Shown here piece by piece: positions 49,523 to 61,012 of a DNA stretch of 64,000 nt; position 1 is the stretch's first letter; every line of letters starts with the position of its first letter. Source of the DNA: Antedon mediterranea. Lineage: Eukaryota > Animalia > Echinodermata. The notes beneath the pieces are model-generated. The model saw only the letters and a program-made list of their open reading frames with translations. It searched no databases and was not told where the DNA came from. A program made the position numbers and the translations under genes. Where the stretch lies: assembly GCF_964355755.1 (NCBI RefSeq), contig NC_092672.1, forward strand, positions 24,875,237 through 24,939,236. Direction: 5' to 3'.

Positions 49523-51049
49523 TTCTTTTATTGAAGCTAGTAACCAGTCGGAAGGAGATATAACAAAAACAGTGTTACTATATTTAAAATAACATCAGTG
49601 ATCGTATCATTAACGACAGTATGCCTATAGGCTACTATTGCGTTGTGTCTAGTATAACATCAAATAACTAATCAACTATGTTAACTGTAGTAAAACCATT
49701 CTCAAATTAAGAGAGATAAAAATATAGATGCTTACCTAGTAACCAGTCGGAAGGAGATGAAAACCTTCACTTTGGGCTAGGCACTAGTAAGTGTCATCCA
49801 TTCCCAGTTGGGTACTATGACAATTTTTAACCGATGGTACTGTATATACATTTACCATAACGTTATTTCGTAGTTTACAGACCGATTGTATTGTAGGCCT
49901 AACTCGAGTCATACACATGTAATTATCAATTTAAATTCGGTTACACAAGATAAGAAACTATTAAAAATGCAAATCAATTAACAAAATCCCTTGTCCATTT
50001 ATGAACTGACCCATACTGAAACATTATACACTAAATATTCTTGACCATTTTCTCGCCACTTGGATGAGGTGACTCATCTATTTATAGCATGGTCACTTAT
50101 CATTCCAGCTTTTACTTTAATGGGTCCCACAGGGTTTCTCAGATTCGATTCAAGTAAGATTCAGCAGATAAATCATTCAAGTATTTGGGTATAAGCATAC
50201 CTGTTACCCTGTTACATATATAAATAAAGAATAATCGTACGCCTCTTTAAGTTTAATTAGGTGTTTTTAGTTTGAACTTTCTAAACAATACTATGACAAT
50301 CTAATGCGAGTGATCGCTTGTGATTGGTCAAATCACCTTCGTTTCGCTTACGTACTTACGTTACGTCCAAGAGGAGAACCAAGCTTTATTTTCACTGACG
50401 TATATTAAAATGTATATCCTGTTCATAATGCAATCATGGTAATATGCTAGATTACTTTAACCCAATGTAAACACACTTCTAATTAAGATGTAAATTATCG
50501 TAAAAGGCGACAGTACCATTTGGATAATATTGTGTCATTTCGTTATCCGTGTACGTGAAGACCGTAAGCTTATTATAAATATGAACAAATATATAGTATT
50601 TTAATACCTGCTGTATGAGTAGTACCGTATCCGTGCCCTGCGTCTTGTTATGATCCACCACAATCCACGATTTTTGTATTGTCATGGATCAGTTGTTGTT
50701 CGTGTGCGTTCTGCGTATTTGCATATAAGTGTCTTGCTGCTAGTTGTTTTTTGAGCATTGTGTTTGGCGCATTTGCATATAGGTGATGTTTTGTTTAACT
50801 ACCTGGTTTTTCTGTCTGCGCGTCAGAAAAGCTTTTGTTGCAAACACAGGAAGATGTGATTTTCGTTACGGTGTTGTATATATTAGTATTAAGCCGTTGT
50901 TGAAGTTACTATTCTAAGTAGTAAAAAGAATTATATTACACGATAGACGGATCATTGCCTGATAATTTATTATAGGAAATTGCATGCATACTAAATAAAG
51001 CTGGCTTGACTGTGTGATAATGGCCGTTTTGATTTTTTGGGTGTTACAT

Positions 51050-52632
51050 TTGACTTAGAAATAAGCAAAATGACTAAAATAAATGTTGAAAACGGGTAAA
51101 ATTAGGTCTACTATCAATGTGTGGCGTAAGAGAAATCTTACTGTGTTGTGAAGATTAACTGTGTTAAAATCTCTAATATTATCAAAACTTAATTATATTT
51201 TTACAATGTTGCCAAACCAAACTACAGCTTATCTAAGTGAACTTAATAGGATGTTTTTTTAATTTTATCTGGAAGGGAAAGGATAAAGTCAAAAGAAATA
51301 AGCTAATTAGAGAGTATAAGGATGGCGGAATTAACATGATTAATATCTTCAGTTACATAAAGGCAGTAAAGGTTAGTTGGATGCGAAGAATTCGTAACAC
51401 TGGAATTCTCAATGTAGTTTTCAACAAAATATGCCATGGTAAAAAAAAACTGAATCAATCTTTGAATACGGCTTATGCATGATTTCAGAGACTGTCGAAA
51501 AATATGAACAATTTGTTCTGGAGAGATGTTCTCCATTCATGGTCCGAGTTTATTGCTATTCATAATTCAACAGCATCTGCAAACTATAACGTACTGAAAG
51601 AACCAATATGGTTGAATGATTCGATTCTAATCAATAACTTTCCAATTTTTTACACCAATTATTATGAGTGTGGCGTAAGGTTCATAAATGATTTAATCTA
51701 GGATAGAGGAACCTTGCTTAGTTATGAAAACTTCAAAACAACCTATAAGGTGAAAAAAAATTATTTCCTTAAATACTATGGATTAATTGATGCAATTATA
51801 ACTTAATACCCTTCTTTGGGTACATAAATAAATACTAAATTACAGAACCCAATAAATTTAACCCATACTTGAAACCATAACCAAACCCCAAACAGGATGT
51901 AAGCTTTTTATAGTAAGTTTATTCAAAACAAAGACTTTAACTGTAAAGCTAAACAAAAGTGGGGTAAAATCTTAAATGTTGAATTCTCGGAACATGAATG
52001 GGAAGAAATTAATGTTTAATTAACTTTTAATATGACCGACAACGTAAAATTACGATGGTTCCAATACAGACTTACAGTATCCTCACGACTAAAGTTTACC
52101 TTAAGATTATTAAGTACATCGACGAAGACAACTGCTCCTTTTGTAACATTAGAAGAGAAACAGTTTATCATTTATTCTGTAAATGTAATATCAGTAGATG
52201 GATAAGCAATTTCTTTTTTCAATGGTGTTCTCGAAATCTTGATATTCGTATACGTGTATCGGAAAGTGAACTGCTTTTTAGTAATACACCATCCAATAGG
52301 ATTAATTTACTTATTGTCAATACTAAAGTTGTATATATATGAGTAAGTTTTCGGGCCTCCTCACACCCACCGGCCTCATAAGCTTTGTAAAATATTACTT
52401 TATAATTAAAAAGTTTAGATGTTTGATTAATAATAGAGCTGAATAATGGGAAGAGTGGAGTGCCTGGGATAATCTTCTGTAACATAGATTTTTATCGCTC
52501 TATTCTGACTTTTTTATAAGGTGTTTATATAGGAGAATTGATTTTGTATAATTTTTCTATTTTACTCTTGTCTGCTTTTTTTGTATTTCAATGTATTAAA
52601 GAAAGATTGAAAATAAAATAATAAAAAAAAAA
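51050..52632 (+). mobile_element. L1/Tx1-type LINE 3' remnant
   Basis: FIWKGKDKVKRNKLIREYKDGGINM, FWRDVLHSW, EPIWLN, zinc knuckle CSFC...ETVYHLFCKC, poly-A tail; frameshifts. Confidence 0.85.
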
Positions 52633-53095
52633 CTTAAATAAGGCAAATAGGCCTAATGTTCTCAAATCTTTACTTCAATTTATAGAGAAATGGTTGATTG
52701 CTGTACGATCTTTCGTTCTTAGTTAGTAAATACATCATTCAAGTTGATCCAGGTATTAATCATTTGTAATGACGTTTAATTGATTGTATTGTTCTTAATG
52801 ATAACCAGTTTGTACACAGTGTGTTTAAGTATAGTGGTAATACAGTGGTAAAGTGAAGTTATAAACTGATTGTTATTGAAACTATGTAAATTATGTAACG
52901 CTTGTTTGTATATTTGCAGGGTTTTTCCTTTCTTCGTTCTCTTTATTTTCCGAGTAACGTTGATTCGTACACAATAAATGGTATGGTAGCGGCAATCAAC
53001 AACTTGTTGTCTTTCTGTTGGTCTTGATATTGCATTCATTTGAGCCAAGCCTCGCACGCTTGATACCCGGGGAGAAAACTTCTAAATTAATCGAG

Positions 53096-53336
53096 CGGGG
53101 TTGGTGAAATCTGTCCAAAATAGGTTACTTTTCTGTCCATAATAGGTTACTTTCTGTCCATAATAGGAACTAGAGGGCGCTGTTGTTTGTCCATAATAGG
53201 TGACTTTCATAATTGGCTGTCCAAAATAGGTGACTTTTTGTCCACACATAGAGATATTATATATCTCTATGGTCCACAATAGGCGAGTTTATTGGAGTAG
53301 TGCGCCATCCATTGTGTTGTCCATAATAGGTGATTT
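53096..53336. repeat. Cluster of about 8 TGTCCA(T/A)AATAGG motifs with an internal CATAGAGATAT...ATATCTCTATG hairpin
   Basis: Visible directly; resembles transposon subterminal repeats. Confidence 0.7.
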
Positions 53337-53395
53337 TGTTGGCGTACTCGTACGTACGTAGTTTATTTCGCGAGTAGAAGTAATAAATACTAATA

Positions 53396-56300
53396 GGAGG
53401 CCTAATTAGTATAAACATTTAAGTCTTTCTAGCCTAGGCCTAGGCTAGTCCTGTTAGTTAGGCTACCTCTATAGATAGGCATACTAGTACTACTAGCCTA
53501 GGCCTAGTCCATTTGTTATTGTCCACTAATAATAATGACAATTTATTCAGCAACAAATAATTTAATTTGAACCTCATTTTAGGTTTGATAGTACGGACAG
53601 ACATTACGCAACTTACCATACTATTGCAAGTTTAAATAAATCACCAAACCCACACATTCTTTTACAAAAATAAAAAATACCCCATAATACTCTAATACCG
53701 TAATAATATTGATAAAGTTTTATTTTTATAAATGCATTGGTGTTTCAATGTATTTGTTGTATTTTTTTTTTCTTTGGACTTATTTTGTTTTGTTAACAGT
53801 AATAATAAAAATCAACTTTATCAATTTAATATTGAAAAAGACATCACAGTTCAGCACTTCATTTGTCATTTTAGGTCCTCCCCTATTTCAAAATTCTGGA
53901 TCCACATAGCTCAATGACAAAATCTAAAGTGGATTAACAAGAATTAATAAGAAATACGACAATAAATCAAGTTTACATACACGCAGTGTACAATCAACAC
54001 CTTTGTTCTGTATTCAGAACAGTTTATTCAAAATCTAAATCACATTTAAAAAATACTGAATTATATTAATTTTATAAGTGTAAAAACATGGTTAAACTAC
54101 AATTTAAAAAATAGCAAGGATAAATAAAATACACCATAATTATTATGTTTATTACTATAATTATTGATCGATGATTATGATCAAAAATAATATGTTGAAG
54201 TGATGTAATTTTTCATTTCAGCAGCATACTGTATATGAGCAGAATATCAAACATCTGTATGCCTATAATAAAAAAAATGAAGTATTTAAATACTATAATA
54301 ATGTAAGTATTGTATAATGCAAGTAACTTCAATCTTAGTAATGCTGAGACAAATGTTCATGTTGTATGGTGGGACACAGTTATGTTTAAATATTTTATTG
54401 CATTTAAAAAAAGATATGTATGATTGTTTTACTAAATTTAAGTTTATACCAGTTGTCAGAGTCAATTATTACCATACTCACTATATGAAAACTGATATTA
54501 GTGCTTGTTAGTGATACGGTGAAAGGTCTCCAAAAATTAATAAATAAACTTGAACTTTATTGTGATACTTGAAAACTTACTGTAAACACTACAAAATCCA
54601 AAATTATGGTTTTTAAAAATGGCCGCAATTTAAGGAACATTGAAAAATGGAAGTATAAAAATATTGAATTAAAAATTGTTAATTCGTATAATTATCTTGG
54701 TGTTATTTTTAGTTCAAATGGTGCATGGAACAACTCAATGCAACATAATCAACAAAAAGCAAATCAAAGTTTATTCTGCTTAAAATCATTCATTTATCGT
54801 AACTTATCTTTTCTTCCAATTAATACATGGAACCATAATTATTTTTGATGTGAAAATACTTCCTATTTTAACGTATGGAAGCGAAATCTGGGGAATGTCA
54901 GATAGCACAAACATTATAGAAAAAACACATACTAAATTTTGTAGATATTTATTGCAAGTTGGAAAAAATGCACCAAATGCCGCTGTTACTTCTGAGTTAG
55001 GTAGATTACCACTTTCTTTGGATTGTTTAGTTACAGTTATAAGATTTTGGTTACATATTATTACTTTAGATCATGACAGATTCATTTTTAAGTGTTATGA
55101 GTTTCAACTTAGAAAAGTTAACCGTAATGAGAATTGTTGGGCACAACAGGTCAAACACTTACTCTTTTCTACTGGTTTTGGTTATATATGGTTACAACAA
55201 TATGTTAATAGTAAAGGTTTATTTTTGAGAGAATTTAAGTTGCGCTTATGTGATATTGAAAAACAAAAATGCATTCAAAAATTTAGTTTACATAATAAGT
55301 TAAGGCTCTTTTCTCTTTATAAAAAAGAAAAATGTTTAAGTTATCACTTGACCAACATCATTAATTTTAAACAAAGAAGATTATTAACTAAGTTACGTTT
55401 AGGGATATTAGAGCTAGAAATTGAAAAGGGCAGATGGGAGGGTGTAGAAAGATATAAGAGAACGTGTAAATTATGTAAAAAGAACATTGTTGAGGATGAA
55501 TATCATTTTATTTTGCAATGCACATTTTATAATGATTTAAGAAAAAGTTTTATTCCAAGATTTATTCGTGTTTTTCCTTCTATTAATAAGCTTTGTTTAT
55601 TACTTTCCAACACAAATTTTACTTATAATTTAGGAAAATACGTCTACTTTGCTTTTGAAAAAAGAAACCATTATCTTAAGTTTAGTTAATTTTTATTTGT
55701 TTGTATTAGGGCCAAAGGCCAATATACTTTGAACCAATAAATTCCCTGAAAAGGGAAAGAAGAAGATATTAAATGTTTTAAAGACAAAGGCTTTATTGAA
55801 TGAATGCTTTAATAATATAATATTCAATTAAATTTTGAAATAGTTTCTGCATGAATTTGTTAGTGGATTTTTATCTATTCTTTGTACTGTGATTGTAATG
55901 TTTATAATGAATGGAAATAAAAAGAAAATATCTACTTTTAATTTCTTAGCAATTCAAATGAATAGAACATTTCAAATCAGAATGTTAAAAATTAATTTTC
56001 ATGTATTGTCAGTTTTTCTACTACGGTACTGATAAAATTCAGTCTGTCTCTCTGAAAATGTTTGACTAAATTGTATCCTTCTTTTCCGAAGATTACTTTT
56101 GCAAACAAATACTTTTTCTAAATAGACTTCTTCTTGGGATTTTACAGTATCTCATATTGAAAAATGTCCTAAAAGATGTAGGTCTAGTGGGTTATATGTA
56201 AAGTATTTTTCTTCAATTGTAGGTTGGGCCTCCTATCTGTTACTTACCCTAGTTAATAGAAATGTCCATGCTACTGTACTATAACATTGATCAGAAGATA

Positions 56301-57028
56301 CACTGTACCCAATCTTTAATACATGCAAAAAATATGGGAAAAATTGAGATTTAAATAGATGACATAATTAATAACAGTAACAATAGCTCTGGCTCTACTA
56401 TACTGCCAACCTATTAACTGTCCGAACTGTCTGGATAAGACTCATTCATTCACAAAATAATAAAAAAAAAAACCATTTTAATAATCGGTCAATCTAGCAA
56501 TCTAGATGTCTGTGATTTGAAGACAAACTACCAATAGGTCTAGTAGACTAGGCTAGTAGTAGGCCTACTAGTAGTAGCCGATTTCGGTCTTCAAAGTATA
56601 GTAGTAGTGGGTGGTGGTGGCAGTGGTATTAGTAAAAGACTGTATAGTGACTAGTCCGCCAGACCTGACCTGCAGTTAGGCAGTATAGTTACGAGTAGTC
56701 TGTAAAATATTCATATTAAAATAATAAAAAAACAGATAATGAGGATAGGCCTAGTTGTTTGTAGACCTAATATGAGCCCATGGGCCATGTCATTTGTATT
56801 CCTACTGTAGCAGGGAGGTTCCTATTGTAGCAGGGAGGTACCCCCTGCTGTAAGCTAGGCCTAGAAAAAAAAGCTAACATTTCATTAGTGGACAATAACA
56901 AATGGACTCCAGCTAGGCCTAGGCTAGTAGTAGTAGTAGTAGGCCTGAGGTAGCCTAACTAAAACAGGACTAGCCTAGGCCCTAGTAGAGGCTAGAGAGA
57001 CTTAAATAATTATACTAATTAGGCCTCC
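53396..57028. mobile_element. Candidate TIR element, TA|GG...CC|TA, about 140-bp imperfect TIRs, with nested LINE
   Basis: 53396-53532 is the reverse complement of about 56884-57028 (GGAGGCCTAATTAGTATAA...GTCCATTTGTTATTGTCCACTAAT). Confidence 0.55.
54500..55745 (+). mobile_element. LINE 3' part (RTE/RTEX-like ORF2 C-terminus), frameshifted
   Basis: YNYLGVIF, ILPILTYGSEIWG, ELGRLP, LEIEKGRW, CKLC...VEDEYHFILQC; AATAAA at about 55736. Confidence 0.85.
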
Positions 57029-57110
57029 TACTAGCTAGGCCTAGGTAGCCTCGAAGTCTGAAGAGTACGGTGGCTGATTTCCGCCAAAGAAAACAATTAT
57101 TTTATAATAA

Positions 57111-57328
57111 TACGGCGTTATAACGCCGTAATTACGGCGTTACAACGCCGTATTAGGGCGTTATAACGCCGTATTAGGGCGTTATAACGCCGTATTAGGG
57201 CGTTATAACGCCGTATTAGGGCGTTATAACGCCGTATTTACGGCGTTATAACGCCGTAATAGGGCGTTATAACGCCCTAATTTAGGGCGTTATAACGCCG
57301 TATTTACGGCGTTATAACGCCCTAATTA
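57111..57328. repeat. Tandem array of 10 palindromes GGCGTTATAACGCC, about 21-bp period
   Basis: Spacers GTATTAG/GTATTTAC/CTAATTTAG. Confidence 0.95.
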
Positions 57329-58129
57329 TACACTCTGTTCACACGTACTTGCGCTTGCGTAGTACATCAACAAACCTCACACACGTCGTCTCACGTGTAA
57401 AGAGAAGAAACACAGAAAATTAAAAGTAAGTAAAATTGTATTATTATAACAAAACATGTTTATACCTTGGACAATATAATTATTTGAATGAAAATTGGCC
57501 TTGTAAATGTAAAGTAGTGCAAGTGACGACAGATAAGGAGTCAATCAATGGGCCAAACTAGGCCTCCTAAATAATAATAAATATTTACACTAGGCCTAGG
57601 GGCTAGCCTACTGGGCCTACTTCTTAATGGTGGCCGCACAGCAGCAGGAGGAAGTGCGTGTGACGTGCGTGATGAATGTGCTAGACCTGTCGGAGGGCAT
57701 TAATAGCTAATACATTTACTTAATAATAGGCCGATGTTATTAAATCGATTCAGCTCTCAGAATTAATAATAATAGCACCCATTCTGATATTTGGAAAATA
57801 TAATATTTTCCCATTTACAGTATTTAATATTGATTTTGATGTTTTAAATACATATAAAATAATATAATATATAATCTTTTTTCACTAACTAAAAGAAGAG
57901 TAAATTGATTTTCTATTTTAACAGTTCTGGGCCTAGGTCCTTATATTTATTATAAAGCTACTGAATCTACTGTAGCAATCATAGTGAGCTGGACAACATT
58001 GTATTTGTAGGCCAGGTTTTTCATTGTTATAAATAAATGAATGCATACATGAAAACAAGTATAATATGCAAATTCGCTATACATTCTATGTTTTCATGAT
58101 ATCTCATAAACTAATAATAGTCCATTCTT

Positions 58130-60287
58130 ATGAATCAACAGGCAATTAAGGTTCTACTAGTAATTGCTACTTCAAGAGGCTCGATTGGAATAGGTAAACC
58201 ATCAACCAGCGGTACATGGATGGAAAGTGAAATGGGAGAAGATTTACTTTCGATAGATATGTCTGATATTACTTCAACTGACAGTGATGCTAATACCTTT
58301 GTGGATCTAGGCAAACCGGCTGTGGAAGCCAAAGTAGTACTAGTAGCCAATAATCTTCCCATAGCAAATGGTTTATTGAATTATGATGATAGGAATGAAG
58401 GTCTGTCTATAATGAATGACTTAAATTATGAGGTTGAGAGTGGAAATCCTGTCATTCCCAAGTATACTAAAGTAAGGCTGCACCGAGGCCATGTTTTGAA
58501 AGAACTTACAGATTTCTTTATCAATACTGACCTTAATTGTCCTATTGAGGTTGAAATGGTTAGGCCTAATGGCCAACTTGAATTTGGAGAAGACTTTGGT
58601 GGTGTATTAAGAGATGCTCTTAGTGAATTTTGGGAGGATTTCTACAATTTGTATACTGTGGGAGAACATCTGAAGGTACCCTGTCTACGGGATAGTATGA
58701 GCAAAGAAAAGTGGCAAGCCACAGCAAAAGTTCTGGTTATCGGATATAAGCAGGAAAGTTTCTTCCCGTTCAAATTAGCAGTACCGTTTTTACAATATGT
58801 GATGGATGCCACCATCATCAATTCAAACCATCCATCAATGATACCCACTTTTTTAGAATTAGTTGCAGACAGTGAAAAAATTGTTTTAGAAACGGCACTG
58901 AACAACTTCTCAGATGTGGATGAAGAGGACCTATTTGATATCCTCGACAATTACAAGGTAAAAAGAAATGCTACGAGTGACAATATTAGAGCAATTCTAC
59001 AGGATGCTGCCCACCGTACCTTGATACAGGGAACATCATACATAAGTAGATGCTGGCACAGCGTGTTTGTAGAACACTTGAAACCCGTTCTACATACAAT
59101 GAACATTGAAGATATCTGTCAAACAGCTATACCAACAACCAGGCGCGTCATAGCTGCGTTAAATCTGCCCCAAGATGCATCAGAAGAACAAAGAAATACG
59201 ACTAAACTTCTTCTCAAATTTATAAAGAGTCTGTCTGTGGATAAGTTAATGACATTTATGAGATACACTACAGGTAAGTTCATTTGAAAATAAGGTTTTT
59301 AACCGATGTTAAGGCTAGCCTCTATCCCTAGACATAAATACTTTTTCCAAATTTGTAAAAAAAGATTTTGGTATATTTTATTTTTAAAGGGTATTACTAA
59401 CTGTGCAACAAAACCAATTAATATTGATTAGATGACAACTAGAACTATAAAAGGAGACAATATAGTTCTATTTGTGATCTAATTAATATTATTATTAATT
59501 AGTTTGAAGGAGGTTTCTCAAAGGTTTTTTTTTTAAATTATCTCCTATATGATCTAATTAATAATTGGTTTGAATGATATTTGTGTTTTAGGGATTTGCA
59601 CTCTGAAACCTGTATTTTTGCCGGAAAAATGTATGTTTTTCAACCCAAAAACTTGCATTAATTTCAATAATTTTGTTTTATAAATTGTCTTCTTTTTAGA
59701 TCTAATCATGTTATGGTTATAATCAATATAATATAAGTGGTTTGCAGGAGGTTTGAGTTTTTTTTAGATTTGCGCTGTGAAATCTTTAATGTAAAAATGA
59801 TTTTTTTTTACTCAAAAACTGGCAAACTTTACATTATTTAAATATTTTTTCCCCATAAATTATCACCTTTTAGTGTTCTAGTTGTGATCTAATCAATATT
59901 GATCACTTTAAATGAGGTTTGACCTCAAATACGAAAAAAAAAATGTTTCACTATCACTATTTATGAAGATGAACCCTATCCCATAATGTTTTCAGTTTTT
60001 TACTACTAGTAGTAGAGGCTAGCCTTAAATTATTAATAATATGTTATTATATATCATTATATGTATAAATTTATTTTTTCATTTCTTCATTTAAAGGAGC
60101 TAATCAAATGTTGGGAAAGAAAATAACAGTGCGTTATGTTCAACAGTCTGACTTTGAGAGACGTCCAGTTGCGCATACATGTGGGTGCATCCTTGAATTG
60201 GCTTCTAGCTTTAAAGACTACATTGAATTTCGATCAGAGTTCAGTGCTGTGTTAGAAAATAACATTTGGGTAATGGACATTGTGTAG
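58130..60287 (+). CDS. Stand-alone HECT-domain E3 ubiquitin ligase (G2E3-like)
   Basis: Exon about 58130/58142-59273 (VRLHRGHVL, EFGEDFGGVLRDALSEFW, FMRYTTG) plus exon 60097-60287 (RRPVAHTCGCILEL...WVMDIV*) with the catalytic Cys; start codon uncertain. Confidence 0.85.
59313..60024. mobile_element. Kolobok-like MITE in the HECT intron
   Basis: TTAA|GGCTAGCCTCTA...TAGAGGCTAGCC|TTAA. Confidence 0.65.
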
Positions 60288-60339
60288 AAAATTAAACAAG
60301 TAGCTAAAAAAATGATAATATGTGATTTTAGCAAGATAC

Positions 60340-61012
60340 AGACAATCACGATTATGTTTATTCTTTTTATTTGATATTATGTTCACAATATTCAGCAGCA
60401 AATGTCAAATATTGTGATCACTGCAGTCGAGGTGTAAAGCTCGGAGATGTATCCAAGAGTTGTGATATACTGTAATACAGTATATGATAAATGAAACCTC
60501 TTCTTAAGCATTTTAAATCTAAAATAAGATATAAGGGAAGTTTTGTTTGTTGGGTTTTTTTTTTTAAATATGTTTCCATTTGTGATATTTTGAAAGTGTT
60601 GTTTGTAAATGATATAGCCTAGACCACTTCTTTAAAAAGTAAATGATTTAAAATATTTGTTGTTTTATAATAATTATGGAATATGTTTATTTACATGTGT
60701 TCCGAGAATATACAGTAGTTTCATAGTTTTTATATTGTACGAGCATTTAAAGTCGAATCAAGTCAGTGTGCACTATGGAGTAAAAAAAATCTTTTTCAAA
60801 AGAAAAGTAACAGTGTGTTATTGATAAGATCGTCAAATCCGTTACCAAACAACAATACCATCACGATTATGTTATATTTTTATTTGATATTATGTTCACA
60901 CTATTCGGCAGCAAATGTCAATATTGTGATCACTGCAGTCGAGGTGTAAACCTCTGAGATGTATCCAAGAGTTTTGAAATACTACAGTACTGTATATGAT
61001 AAATGAAACCTC
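60340..61012. repeat. Direct duplication downstream of the HECT gene
   Basis: ATCACGATTATGTT...GATAAATGAAACCTC at about 60345-60500 and about 60860-61012. Confidence 0.8.

Noticed and set aside
57111-57328. CRISPR-like palindromic repeat
   Set aside because: Spacers are 7-9 nt and repetitive; not a CRISPR array.
58135-58950. Antisense ORFs 58135-58362 and 58642-58950
   Set aside because: Shadows of the HECT coding strand.
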